Source: an uncultured Porifericola sp. (GTDB lineage: Bacteria; Bacteroidota; Bacteroidia; Cytophagales; Cyclobacteriaceae). Taken from it: 64,000 nt of DNA. The stretch covers positions 2,047 to 66,046 of the forward strand of contig CAZZGE010000002.1 of NCBI GenBank assembly GCA_964653665.1, written 5' to 3'. The position numbers were made by a program, and so were the translations under genes. How positions within the stretch are numbered: position 1 is the first letter of the stretch; every line of letters starts with the position of its first letter. The notes beneath the pieces were generated by a model that saw only the letters and a list, made by a program, of their open reading frames with translations, was not told the origin of the DNA and searched no databases. Shown in pieces: positions 19,586 through 29,669 of this stretch.

Positions 19586-21665
19586 CGCCCTGTTCACTGC
19601 TACGATATTGTTTTTCGTAGTGCTTCATGGAGTAGCCCAGCAAACTCCTGCGGAGGCCGTAGAATCCATCCTGGAGGATATTCTTCCTGTACAGTACGAA
19701 GCAGAAACAGATGTTTCTCTGATCTACGAAAACCTCATCCAATTCTATCAGGAACCTCTCAATATTAATGCTGCTGGGGCCGGAGACCTTAGACTATTCT
19801 TTTTTTTAAGTGAGCGGCAAATCAACAATATCCTCCGCTATCGTGAACACTACGGCCATTATCTGAGTCACTATGAGCTTCAGTATGTACCTGGTATGGA
19901 TCGGTTGAGCATTGAACGGCTACTGCCCTTCATTCGGATAGAAGGTGTTGAAAGTAGAAAGCTCGCTCTTAAAAAGCGCTGGCAACAAGCCACGAACCGC
20001 TATCTTATTTTGCGTCAAAGCAGAATTCTTGAACCTCAAAGGGGCTATCTGATCGCAGATACCCTTACCGATGCCGCCCTCTACAATCATTACCCGGGAA
20101 GCCCACATCAACTGTATAGCCGCCTGCGCATATCCCGTCCCGGCAGTATGAGCCTCGGGTTTACGATGGAGAAAGACGCCGGTGAGCAATGGAAATGGCA
20201 GCCTGCTGAGGATAGGTACGGTGCGGATTTCTGGTCATACCATGTGCAACTTGAACGGGTAGGTCCGTTGGATCAGGTGACTGTGGGAGACTTTACCCTA
20301 CAGACCGGTCAACAGTTGGTTTTGGGTAGTGGACTGGGCTTGGGAAAAGGGGCAATGACTGTACGTTCGGTAGGCAGAAGCCAACAGGGAGTACGGCCCT
20401 ATACTTCGGCGATTGAAGGCGGTCATTTCCGAGGTAGTGCAGTCAGCCTCAAAATACCCTATACCAAGAATAGACTAGGCCTAACCGCATTTTTTTCTTC
20501 AACCCGGAGGCACGCCAGTTTGAAGTATAGTAGCGTTGCCGAGACAGCGCATTTCAATACCATTGATCAGAGTGGTCTTTTTCGTACACAGACAGAACTC
20601 CAAAAGAAAAACCAGGTGGATGAACAAACGACGGGAATAAACCTTTTTTATACCAACCGTTTTCAAAATTTGCAGGCGGGTGTAAATTTTCTCAATCTAC
20701 GTTATAGTATTCCCCAGCTTCCAAACCAAAGGCTGTATAAGGCTGTAGGGTTTCAGGGTAAGCATCATCAACTGGCCAGCAGCTACTTTACCTACCAAAA
20801 GGGACACTGGCACGCATTCGGTGAAATGGCTATTTCATCTGACTGGGAGCGAGGCTTGGTAGGTGGTATCAGCGCTGTGCTCAACTCATACCTGGAGAGC
20901 GTTTGGCTCTTTCGGCATTACTCTCAGGGATTTCATAGTCCCTTTGGAAATAGCTTTGGGGAAGCCAGCAGAAATACCAATGAAGAAGGCCTGTACTGGG
21001 GGCTACAGCTTGAGCCATTCGGTAGGGTGAGACTAAGTGCCTTTTATGATGTCTTTCGGTTTCAGTGGCTGCGCTTTCGGGTAGATGCACCTTCACGAGG
21101 CTATGAGTACTTGGTTCGTGCCAGCTATGAAATCAATCGTGACACCGATATACTTTTGCAGTACAGGCAGGAGAGTAAGGGTACTAATCTGAGTAGCGAT
21201 ACGGTATCATTTCGGCCAGTAGAAAATGGGATTCGCCGTAATGCAATGCTGATCTTTGAACACAGGCCAGCGGAGGTTTTACGACTGAAAACGCGTCTTC
21301 ATCACAGCGCTTTCTCACTTCATGATTCCCTGAGTTACGGGTGGGTGGCTGCGCAGGACATAAGCTATACCTGGAAACGACTTAAACTAGACGCGCGAAT
21401 AGCCTTCATCAGTACGGATGATTATCAGAACCGACAGTATCTGTATGAAAATGACCTACTGTATAGCTTTACCGTACCAGCTTACGCCGGGCATGGATTT
21501 CGGTATTACTTATTGATGAGATATAAGCTAAACCGGTATCTGAGTAGCTGGGTACGATGGTCAACTACAATTTATGAGGATCGCGATGTAGTAGGCAGCA
21601 GCCTTGATGAAATTGACGGAAACCGACGTAGTCAAATAAAAGTGCAATTGATCTATAAGTTCTGA
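19572..21665 (+). CDS. ComEA-like helix-hairpin-helix domain fused to a predicted outer-membrane beta-barrel
   Basis: PLNINAA...LSERQINNILRYREHYG...ELQYVPG HhH; beta-rich remainder ending QLIYKF; overlaps the upstream gene by 14 nt. Confidence 0.8.
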   Translation: MHSHSALFTATILFFVVLHGVAQQTPAEAVESILEDILPVQYEAETDVSLIYENLIQFYQEPLNINAAGAGDLRLFFFLSERQINNILRYREHYGHYLSHYELQYVPGMDRLSIERLLPFIRIEGVESRKLALKKRWQQATNRYLILRQSRILEPQRGYLIADTLTDAALYNHYPGSPHQLYSRLRISRPGSMSLGFTMEKDAGEQWKWQPAEDRYGADFWSYHVQLERVGPLDQVTVGDFTLQTGQQLVLGSGLGLGKGAMTVRSVGRSQQGVRPYTSAIEGGHFRGSAVSLKIPYTKNRLGLTAFFSSTRRHASLKYSSVAETAHFNTIDQSGLFRTQTELQKKNQVDEQTTGINLFYTNRFQNLQAGVNFLNLRYSIPQLPNQRLYKAVGFQGKHHQLASSYFTYQKGHWHAFGEMAISSDWERGLVGGISAVLNSYLESVWLFRHYSQGFHSPFGNSFGEASRNTNEEGLYWGLQLEPFGRVRLSAFYDVFRFQWLRFRVDAPSRGYEYLVRASYEINRDTDILLQYRQESKGTNLSSDTVSFRPVENGIRRNAMLIFEHRPAEVLRLKTRLHHSAFSLHDSLSYGWVAAQDISYTWKRLKLDARIAFISTDDYQNRQYLYENDLLYSFTVPAYAGHGFRYYLLMRYKLNRYLSSWVRWSTTIYEDRDVVGSSLDEIDGNRRSQIKVQLIYKF

Positions 21666-21668
21666 TAT

Positions 21669-23606
21669 CTAACGGAAGATAAGCTTACGGTTGAGTTGAT
21701 CATCTCTCTGAAAAAGTGTTATAACATAAATGCCTGCAGGCAGGTCTAATTCTATGGCAGACCCAGCGGGTACTCGGTTATGAAATGATTGAAGAAGCCT
21801 ACCCCTCAGGTCTGTAACCCTGAAGCCATCAATATCTTGGTTTATTCGGACCCCGCCTGGAGTGGGGTTAGGGTAGATGAGCAATGGAGCTTCACTGGTG
21901 AATTTTTCCTCCGTACTCAGTACCACATCTTTTCGTTCACGGTCAAAAACTGGGCGCATCATCAGACTACCGCTCAGGTCTTCGTTCTGATCCCAGGCAC
22001 CTGTCACATTGTAAAAAATTCTGTCGGCACGGTCGTTATTTTTGTCAAGGCCAACGGCTATAAATGTTTCACCCTGCTGTTCGTAGCCAATAAAAAATGT
22101 GTCTTCTACAACGACTGGTGAAGATAGCTCAAAACGAGTAAACTCATCCAGGAAACCGTTGCTACTCGCCTGGGCCTGTTCTGCCCGTAGTACAATTTCA
22201 TTACCGAGAGAATCGGTGAGATCATCCCAAACCAGCAATCTGATAGGAACTGACTGTTGGTTCCGGGTAAGTGGCGGAAAATATATATCCAGGTGGGTGA
22301 GAATATCTGACTGGGGCGCCTCAAACTGGTAAGCTACCTTACCACCATTTAGATTTAGCTCTACGCCAAACTCAGCTTCACCGTCATCGTAAGCAAAATA
22401 ATCATCCAGCACATAAGTAGCCCGTACTGTATCATTGACCCGGTAATCTACATCCCGGAAAAAAAGAGTATCCTGACCTTTGATTTCGTCAATCAAAAAA
22501 TTATCACCCGAAGTGATGTGAAACTCAGTTTCTAGCCGTAATGAATCTTGACGAGTATCTATTAGGTTGGGATTAAAAGCACTAGCACTGATGGTACGCC
22601 TGTCAAAGCCAGAGGGAATGGGACTGAGCGCCTGGTCATTATTGAGCAACTGAATGAGCTCGCCAGTCTCACCATCGCTGATCAGTGCTGAAAAACGTAC
22701 CGGTTGTAATTGTACATTTAGATTATAAAAATCTACGCTGGATACTCCTTTATAACGATCCGGATGATTTTTGAACTGCGACATAGGCACCGCCGAATAC
22801 ACGCCCAATACCGAAGTAGGCAGGCTGGTCAAAGCCCTGTCCAGGTAAGCAGTGTTGGCAGCTGATCGCTCGCTGTTCAAATAGACGTAATCTAAGTTCC
22901 AGGTGTCAAACGCGCCCGAGAGACGATTGAATGACTGGAAGCGAAACTGGAAGGCGCTGTGAAAATACCCCGGATTAAGTAACTGGATCATTTCCTGCTG
23001 AAAAACATCAGTATTTAGGGTGTCTCCTCCCTGTCGTGACCACACCGTCACCCAGTTTTGTTGGACATTTTTAAACTGTAGACGGATTGAATCTTCAGGG
23101 TCAGGAAATTCCCCTTTACCAAATTGCTGCCAAAAGAAGCTGAACCACACTGTCGTCCGCTCCGCCGCCGGTATTAAAGAAAGGTCAATGGGTTTGGATA
23201 TCAGCGAATCTGCCAGCCCCACATCGGTGTCAATGTTGCTGTAAGGTGTGCCATCGGCATCTACCCCATCAAAAGTAGCGACCCCGATACTTGGCGGTGC
23301 GATATCCAGACCAGTGTTGACCCGTACAGTCTGGCTCCCTTTGTTCCAGAGACGTGAAGTTGGCGAATAACTGTTATTTGCTGGGGTAGCGCTATCAGCG
23401 TACGAAAAATCATCCCAAAAGGGCAGTAGCAGTGTATCGCTGGTTTGAACTCGAGCGCGAGTGGCATGATCAGTTGTCGAGGGCACGGCATAGATGTTCC
23501 AAACATCTGCTGTCACACCTTTATGCTGTTGTGCAGGTAGTAAGTGAGGCTTGCAACACAGGAAGCTGATGAGACAGAAACAACAAACCTTATGAAAATC
23601 GGGCAA
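21669..23606 (-). CDS. T9SS type A sorting domain-containing protein of unknown function
   Basis: LPFWDDFS N-domain; C-terminal IYPNPT...DLRGR...LPAGIYVI...KLI. Confidence 0.8.
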   Translation of the reverse strand: MPDFHKVCCFCLISFLCCKPHLLPAQQHKGVTADVWNIYAVPSTTDHATRARVQTSDTLLLPFWDDFSYADSATPANNSYSPTSRLWNKGSQTVRVNTGLDIAPPSIGVATFDGVDADGTPYSNIDTDVGLADSLISKPIDLSLIPAAERTTVWFSFFWQQFGKGEFPDPEDSIRLQFKNVQQNWVTVWSRQGGDTLNTDVFQQEMIQLLNPGYFHSAFQFRFQSFNRLSGAFDTWNLDYVYLNSERSAANTAYLDRALTSLPTSVLGVYSAVPMSQFKNHPDRYKGVSSVDFYNLNVQLQPVRFSALISDGETGELIQLLNNDQALSPIPSGFDRRTISASAFNPNLIDTRQDSLRLETEFHITSGDNFLIDEIKGQDTLFFRDVDYRVNDTVRATYVLDDYFAYDDGEAEFGVELNLNGGKVAYQFEAPQSDILTHLDIYFPPLTRNQQSVPIRLLVWDDLTDSLGNEIVLRAEQAQASSNGFLDEFTRFELSSPVVVEDTFFIGYEQQGETFIAVGLDKNNDRADRIFYNVTGAWDQNEDLSGSLMMRPVFDRERKDVVLSTEEKFTSEAPLLIYPNPTPGGVRINQDIDGFRVTDLRGRLLQSFHNRVPAGSAIELDLPAGIYVITLFQRDDQLNRKLIFR

Positions 23607-23610
23607 AGTT

Positions 23611-24498
23611 TTAGCGCTGATTTTGACTGATCTTAAGGGGATCTTTCTCCTCCTCTACATTTTCATCCTCGGCATCTAAGATGCTATCTTCCTGTTCACC
23701 CAACAGATCAAGCCAAATATCAATTTCCTCTCCAATCCTGACTTTGTTTTCTGAAGTTGGGTTCTGGCGGGTCACGACATAGCGATCTGTAAGCGGAGCA
23801 TTCTCAATGGTCTCACGTGCTTCTTCACCAGTAAGATCACTGTTCTGCAACAGTATACTTCCTATTTTAAGTCCTGAGCCTATAATGATAAATTCGGCTT
23901 CTTCCAGATCCATACCTTTAACATCGGGTACCTCCATTACAGTATTTCCCAGTCCGTCGCCCACTACAAGGTCTACCTGAGAACCTTTGGGTAGGTAAGT
24001 GCCTGGCTTTATTTCTTCACCGTTGTATCGTTGTTCCAGGACAGCATTCTGAGCGAGATCGGGTACGTATTTGATGTTACCTCTTTCCAGCCCGTAGCTC
24101 TCCAGCACCAGCTGTGCGTTCTTAATAGATCCGTCTACCAGGTCGGGCATCTTCACTTTTGGAGGATTTATAGCATTCAGGGTCAGGAATATCTTTCTGC
24201 TTTCCTTGACCTTGGAACCAGGGTTAGGGTGCTGATTGAGAATGGTAAGCGGCTCATACTCGTTGGTATACCCTGAATCAGTCACTACTTCGTAACGCAG
24301 ATTACGTTTGGTCAAAAACTCATCAATTTCATCAATGTGAATGCCTTCCAGGTCGGGAACAGTGATGGTCTCACCATGATTAGTTGCACTGGGTAGGTAG
24401 ATGTAAAAAAACACAATGAGGATGGTGACACCCAGCGTAATGATGATGCCCAGGTGAATAAGCACTTCTTTAATAGAATTGGGTTTTAACAAGTTCAT
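23611..24498 (-). CDS. PASTA domain-containing membrane protein
   Basis: Single TM, then three PASTA repeats (VPDLEG, MPDLVD, VPDVKG). Confidence 0.9.
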   Translation of the reverse strand: MNLLKPNSIKEVLIHLGIIITLGVTILIVFFYIYLPSATNHGETITVPDLEGIHIDEIDEFLTKRNLRYEVVTDSGYTNEYEPLTILNQHPNPGSKVKESRKIFLTLNAINPPKVKMPDLVDGSIKNAQLVLESYGLERGNIKYVPDLAQNAVLEQRYNGEEIKPGTYLPKGSQVDLVVGDGLGNTVMEVPDVKGMDLEEAEFIIIGSGLKIGSILLQNSDLTGEEARETIENAPLTDRYVVTRQNPTSENKVRIGEEIDIWLDLLGEQEDSILDAEDENVEEEKDPLKISQNQR

Positions 24499-24534
24499 CT
24501 TACTGCTTTGTTTGTAGTTTTGAGCAGAAATAAT

Positions 24535-25497
24535 TTATGCGCGAATTTGCTGATTGACAATGTCTCCAATATCCAAGCCGGCGGCCCTGATTTGCTGCGG
24601 TATAATGCTCTCTATGGAAAAGCCAGGGGTGGTATTGGCTTCAATGAAGTAAAAGACATTATTTCTTAGCAGGTAATCTATCCGAACCAAACCGCGACAT
24701 CCCAATAAAGAGTAGATCCGTTCAGAGAGTTCCTGACAAAATGTGGTCTGGGCTTCGCTGATGCGAGCCGGTGTAATTTCTTCAGAATCTCCTTCATATT
24801 TGGCTTTAAAATCAAAGAAAGCATTTTTGGAAACGATTTCGGTGATTGGCAAGGCTTTGGCCTTCCCATTCAGGGTATAAACACCACAGGTCATTTCAGT
24901 ACCTTGTATATACTCCTCAATAAGGACTTCGGTATCGTGTTTAAAGGCTAGCCGAATGGCAGTTTCCAACTGATCACCTCTGTCTACTTTGCTGGCTCCA
25001 AAGCTTGATCCGCCGTTGTTAGGTTTGACAAAACAGGGATATTCAAGATCTCCAGCCAATTGTTGTACATCATAGTCAATCTGCTGGTTGAGCATCACAG
25101 ATTGGGGTGTTGTAATATCGTAACTGGCAATAATCCTCTTGCACAAGTTTTTATTAAAGGTAATAGCACTGGTGATGACGTCGCATCCTGAATACGGAAT
25201 GCCCAGTAGATCAAAATACCCCTGCACTTTTCCATCTTCTCCGGGCGTACCATGAATTGTATTATAAACGAAATCGAAAGTGATTTCTTGCCCATTATGC
25301 ACAAAAGAGAAGTTTTCTTTACGAATAGGGTATTTTTGATCTTCATGCAGGGCGTACCAGCCATCTTCACTGATCATAACCTGGTAGGTAATAAAGCGCT
25401 CCTGATCAATAAAGCTCAAAATCGTAGCAGCGCTCTTCATAGAAATGACATACTCGCTAGAAGTGCCACCCGATGTGACGGCAATCGTTTTTTTCAT
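24535..25497 (-). CDS. ddl: D-alanine--D-alanine ligase
   Basis: GGTSSEYVIS, IHGTPGEDG, FVKPNNGGSSFG, FDFKAKY, EANTTPG. Confidence 0.95.
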   Translation of the reverse strand: MKKTIAVTSGGTSSEYVISMKSAATILSFIDQERFITYQVMISEDGWYALHEDQKYPIRKENFSFVHNGQEITFDFVYNTIHGTPGEDGKVQGYFDLLGIPYSGCDVITSAITFNKNLCKRIIASYDITTPQSVMLNQQIDYDVQQLAGDLEYPCFVKPNNGGSSFGASKVDRGDQLETAIRLAFKHDTEVLIEEYIQGTEMTCGVYTLNGKAKALPITEIVSKNAFFDFKAKYEGDSEEITPARISEAQTTFCQELSERIYSLLGCRGLVRIDYLLRNNVFYFIEANTTPGFSIESIIPQQIRAAGLDIGDIVNQQIRA

Positions 25498-25514
25498 TTT
25501 GTGGTATTTATGGG

Positions 25515-25544
25515 CAAAAATAACCCCTTTTGATATACCGCAAA
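25515..25544 (-). promoter_or_regulatory. Bacteroidota housekeeping-sigma promoter for ddl
   Basis: Minus strand TTTG, 18-nt spacer, TATTTTTG (matches TAnnTTTG), 17 nt upstream of the ddl start. Confidence 0.6.
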
Positions 25545-25608
25545 AAAGTTACCATAAAGCAATGGGTGTTTTATTGATATGAAAAAATGTAAGGAAATTT
25601 TGGCTGGG

Positions 25609-26466
25609 TCATGGCAGGATTTCTTCGGCAATGATTGCGGCCTGTTGGAGGGTTTCAGCATTCACACCGATATCGGCATGTTGGGCGCTGAAATAGGCAA
25701 GTAAGTCCGTAGTACGGATGTTACCGACCAGGTCTGGCCCGGCCATAGGGCAACCTCCCAATCCATTGAGTACTCCGTCATAATGGCGACAGCCTGCTCT
25801 AAAGGTACTGTCTACTTTTTCTTCCCAGTCAGCTGAGGTCGTGTGAAGGTGGAGTCCAAAAGAAACTTCGCCGTAAGCAGGAATAACGGTTTCCAACACT
25901 GAGCCCATGGTAGAAGCCTGACCAATACCCGTCGTATCTGCCAGTACGATTTGGCGAATGCCTATCCAGTGTAACTGATCAATCCACTGCATCAACATTT
26001 CAGCACTCCAGGGATCGCCGTAAGGGTTTCCAAATGCCATGGATATGTATATTCTCAGCGCTTTTTGGTACTGATTACACAATGATAGCAATTGCTGTAT
26101 CCTCTCAAAAGAAGCTTCCACTGTGCTGTTGATGTTTCTTTCTAGAAAAGTAGGAGAGAAAGAAAACGGAAAACCCAGATAGCGAATTTGCTCATACTGG
26201 CAGGCCTGCCTGGCACCTTGCAGGTTGCCTACGATAGCTAACAACTGGGTAGAAGACTCTTCCAACTGTAAGCTTTTGACAACTTCAGCAGTATCCTGCA
26301 TCTGGGGTAATGCTTTGGGTGACACGAAACTTCCAAAATCCAAGATATCAAACCCCACTTTTAACAGGGTATTCATATACTTGATCTTATCCTTCGTAGG
26401 GATGAATTTTTTGATCCCCTGCATCGCATCCCGGGGACACTCAGTGATCTTGACACATGCTGTCAT
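25609..26466 (-). CDS. Hydroxymethylglutaryl-CoA lyase
   Basis: ECPRDAMQG, LADTTG, LHLH, GLGGCP. Confidence 0.92.
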   Translation of the reverse strand: MTACVKITECPRDAMQGIKKFIPTKDKIKYMNTLLKVGFDILDFGSFVSPKALPQMQDTAEVVKSLQLEESSTQLLAIVGNLQGARQACQYEQIRYLGFPFSFSPTFLERNINSTVEASFERIQQLLSLCNQYQKALRIYISMAFGNPYGDPWSAEMLMQWIDQLHWIGIRQIVLADTTGIGQASTMGSVLETVIPAYGEVSFGLHLHTTSADWEEKVDSTFRAGCRHYDGVLNGLGGCPMAGPDLVGNIRTTDLLAYFSAQHADIGVNAETLQQAAIIAEEILP

Positions 26467-26516
26467 ATCTTGTGTTTTCTAACTTAACAGTGGTGCAACC
26501 TGGCGACTTTGGTAAG

Positions 26517-27662
26517 TTAACAACCAATATGGCGCGATATGACAAGCCGCTGGATCTCAGAGGTACCTTCCCCAATCTGAAGAATTCGTTGATCCCGGTA
26601 AAATCGCTCTATATCATAATCGCCCATTAGACCGTAGCCGCCGTGTATCTGCACGGCCTCGTCAGCCACTTCTTTGGCGATTTCAGAGCAATAAAGTTTA
26701 GACATAGCTGCTTCTTTACCGAAAGGTTTTCCGTTGTCTTTGAGCCAGCAGGCTTTGTATAATAAGTTACGGGCCAGTTCTATTTTGGTCGCCATATCTG
26801 CCAGCTTAAACGCTATCGCCTGAAATTTGGTAAGCGGCTGCCCGAATTGTTTCCGCTCTTTGGCGTAACGTAGTCCCATCTCGTAGGCACCCTGAGCCAA
26901 TCCCAGCCCCATGGCAGCAATGGACAAACGGCCGGCATCCAGGGTGGTGAGCATAATTTTAGAGCCTTCCCCTCTTTTACCCAGTAGGTTATGCTCGGGT
27001 ACCCGGACGTTGTCAAAAAAGAGTTGAGAGGTATTAGAGGCTCTCCAGCATAGCTTATCGTGCATCTCTACCGCCTCAAATCCTGGATTATCCCGCTCTA
27101 CAATGATTGTAGAATATTCTTTCTTACCGTCATTTTCACCAGAAACTACTTGCACCGTAGCGCCAATGGTAATTTCGGTGGCGCCATTGGTAATAAAAAT
27201 CTTGGAGCCATTGATGATCCATTCACCGTTCTCATGTCGGGCTACGGTTTTGGTACCTCTGGAGTCGGAGCCGGCCTCCGCTTCCGTCAGTCCAAAGGCC
27301 CAGAGTGCTTCTCCACTACAGATTTGTGGTAAAAATTTCTCTTTTTGCTCCCTGGAACCAAAGTTAAAGAGTGGACCTGTCCCTAAAGAGTTGTGGGCCG
27401 CGATAGTGGCTGCCTGAGAGCCATCAACCCGTGCCAGTTCCTCCATCGCAATGATGTAGGACAGGTAATCCATCCCTTGCCCTCCGTATTCTTCTGATAC
27501 AGTCATCCCACAAAGGCCCATTTCGCCCATCTGGCGCGTGAGTTCCAGGGAGAATTTTTCCTGCTTATCCAGTTCCCGGGCTACCGGCTTAATGACAGTT
27601 TCGGCGAAATCCCGTACTGAATTTCGCACCATCTCGTGTTGTTCAGTGATGTACATGGGCAT
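26517..27662 (-). CDS. Acyl-CoA dehydrogenase, probably isovaleryl-CoA dehydrogenase by context
   Basis: FGLTEAEAGSD, NGSKIFITN, QIHGGYG, IGEGTSEIQR. Confidence 0.88.
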   Translation of the reverse strand: MPMYITEQHEMVRNSVRDFAETVIKPVARELDKQEKFSLELTRQMGEMGLCGMTVSEEYGGQGMDYLSYIIAMEELARVDGSQAATIAAHNSLGTGPLFNFGSREQKEKFLPQICSGEALWAFGLTEAEAGSDSRGTKTVARHENGEWIINGSKIFITNGATEITIGATVQVVSGENDGKKEYSTIIVERDNPGFEAVEMHDKLCWRASNTSQLFFDNVRVPEHNLLGKRGEGSKIMLTTLDAGRLSIAAMGLGLAQGAYEMGLRYAKERKQFGQPLTKFQAIAFKLADMATKIELARNLLYKACWLKDNGKPFGKEAAMSKLYCSEIAKEVADEAVQIHGGYGLMGDYDIERFYRDQRILQIGEGTSEIQRLVISRHIGC

Positions 27663-27686
27663 GCGTTGTTTTCTTGAGTGCTTGCC

Positions 27687-29669
27687 CTATACCAACTTGA
27701 TCAGCGGCATATTACGCTTTACTGCACTGTTTAGCGCTACGTGTAGTTTCTCTACAGTGGCATCGCGTTGGGCAACAATGTTGTTTTCCATCTTCATGGC
27801 TTCTACGACCAGCAAAACATCTCCTTTCCTGACCTGATCTCCTTCCTTTACATGAAGCTGAATCACCTTGCCCGGCATAGGGGACTTTAGCTGATCTACG
27901 CTTCCCTGTTCAGACTCCTCAATGATGTGTTGGCTTTCAGTAAGGCGATCATACCGCCGGAAATGAAATTGCATTTCTTCTATACTGATAAGCAAACTAC
28001 GATCCTCCCTTTCAGAGACATAAGCCGTAAAAGAACTATTATCCAACTCATAAACGATTTTTCCGTCTTTTTTGTGCTCTATCTTGAGTGTAGTTACTGA
28101 ATTTTGCCAGCGTAGGGTATAATATCCATCAGCATTTTTCCAGACCTCAACCACTACCTCCCAGTCTTCCAGGCTGACACTTACTTGAGGCAAAAGACGC
28201 CAGAATCCAATCTCTTGCCAGATGCTTTCCTGACGATGCGTCACTTTCCGGATAGTATCCAGACCATGAGCTAGTCCCGCAGCGACCACTGCCAGCTTAT
28301 CAAATTGTGTCTTTTCGTGCTGCATCGCATCCAGTATTTGGGAAGACTGTTGATCACAGTACTTGGTAGAGATTAGGTTTTGGATGTAATCCTCGGATTT
28401 TAGTAGTGAACTCAGATAATGTACATTAGTATCTATGCCGTGTACCGCCAAATGCTTTAATGCCCTTATACTTTCAAGGCGAGCCTTTTCACGATCGCTT
28501 CCGTAGCAAATCAACTTGGCGATCAAGGGATCATAGTTACTGTGAATAGTTATCGGCCCGTTGATATATGAATCAATTCGTAGCCGACTACCTTTCGGTG
28601 CGTGATAGAACGAGATTTCACCCGGCGAAGGCAGGAAGTTATTTTCCGGACTCTCTGCGTAAATGCGGCATTCAATGGCATGTCCTTTTTGTGCGATATC
28701 CTCCTGGCTGAAAGAAAGTGGCTTTCCTGCTGCGATGCGTATTTGCTCGGCTACCAGGTCAATGCCGGTAGTCATTTCCGTTACCGGATGCTCTACCTGG
28801 ATACGAGTGTTCATCTCCAAAAAGTAAAACTGCTGATTTTTATCCAGTAAAAATTCTATGGTACCCGCATTGGTGTAAGGAACAGCTTTTGCCAGCTTGA
28901 CCGCTGCGGCACAAATCTCCCGTCGTACTTCAGGGTTCAGCGTAGGAGAGGGGGCTTCCTCAACAATTTTCTGATATCGCCGCTGAAGCGAACATTCTCT
29001 TTCGTACAAATGGACCACCTGACCTGCGTGATCACCAAGAATTTGCACCTCAATGTGGCGTGGGGACTCCAGGTAGTGTTCCACGTATACTGCACTATCT
29101 CCGAAGTAAGACGCCGCTTCGCGACTGGTAGCCTGGATGGCCTGCGGTAACTCTTCCGGCTGGTTGACAATGCGCATTCCTTTGCCTCCTCCTCCGGCAG
29201 CCGGCTTGATGAGGAGGGGATAGGTTAGCGAAGTGGCCCGGGCCAAGATTTCCTGTTGTGTTTCGCTGAAGCCCTCGGTAATGGGCACTCCCGCCTCCTG
29301 GGCAAACTGCCGTGCGGTAATTTTATTACCCATCAGGCTTATGACCTGGGAAGTAGGGCCAATAAAGACGATATTTCGTGCTTCACAAGCCTGCACAAAA
29401 GCGGGGTTCTCAGATAGAAAGCCATAACCGGGATGAATAGCATCACAACCGGAGTTCTCGGCAATGTCCAAAATTTTATCTATGTTCAGGTACGTATCAC
29501 CGAGTGTTCCCGATCCTAGTGACACCGAATCGCCAGCGCTGGTACGGTGTAAGGAGTGCAGGTCATCTTCAGCGTATATTGCCAGCGTTGGGATGTGCAA
29601 GTCCCGGGCACTACGACAAATACGAACAGCAATTTCACCTCGGTTGGCGATAAGTATTTTTCTAAACAT
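27687..29669 (-). CDS. Biotin carboxylase/biotin-carrier subunit of 3-methylcrotonyl-CoA carboxylase
   Basis: ANRGEIA, HPGYGFLSEN, EMNTRIQVEHPVTE, biotinylation motif EAMKM. Confidence 0.9.
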   Translation of the reverse strand: MFRKILIANRGEIAVRICRSARDLHIPTLAIYAEDDLHSLHRTSAGDSVSLGSGTLGDTYLNIDKILDIAENSGCDAIHPGYGFLSENPAFVQACEARNIVFIGPTSQVISLMGNKITARQFAQEAGVPITEGFSETQQEILARATSLTYPLLIKPAAGGGGKGMRIVNQPEELPQAIQATSREAASYFGDSAVYVEHYLESPRHIEVQILGDHAGQVVHLYERECSLQRRYQKIVEEAPSPTLNPEVRREICAAAVKLAKAVPYTNAGTIEFLLDKNQQFYFLEMNTRIQVEHPVTEMTTGIDLVAEQIRIAAGKPLSFSQEDIAQKGHAIECRIYAESPENNFLPSPGEISFYHAPKGSRLRIDSYINGPITIHSNYDPLIAKLICYGSDREKARLESIRALKHLAVHGIDTNVHYLSSLLKSEDYIQNLISTKYCDQQSSQILDAMQHEKTQFDKLAVVAAGLAHGLDTIRKVTHRQESIWQEIGFWRLLPQVSVSLEDWEVVVEVWKNADGYYTLRWQNSVTTLKIEHKKDGKIVYELDNSSFTAYVSEREDRSLLISIEEMQFHFRRYDRLTESQHIIEESEQGSVDQLKSPMPGKVIQLHVKEGDQVRKGDVLLVVEAMKMENNIVAQRDATVEKLHVALNSAVKRNMPLIKLV

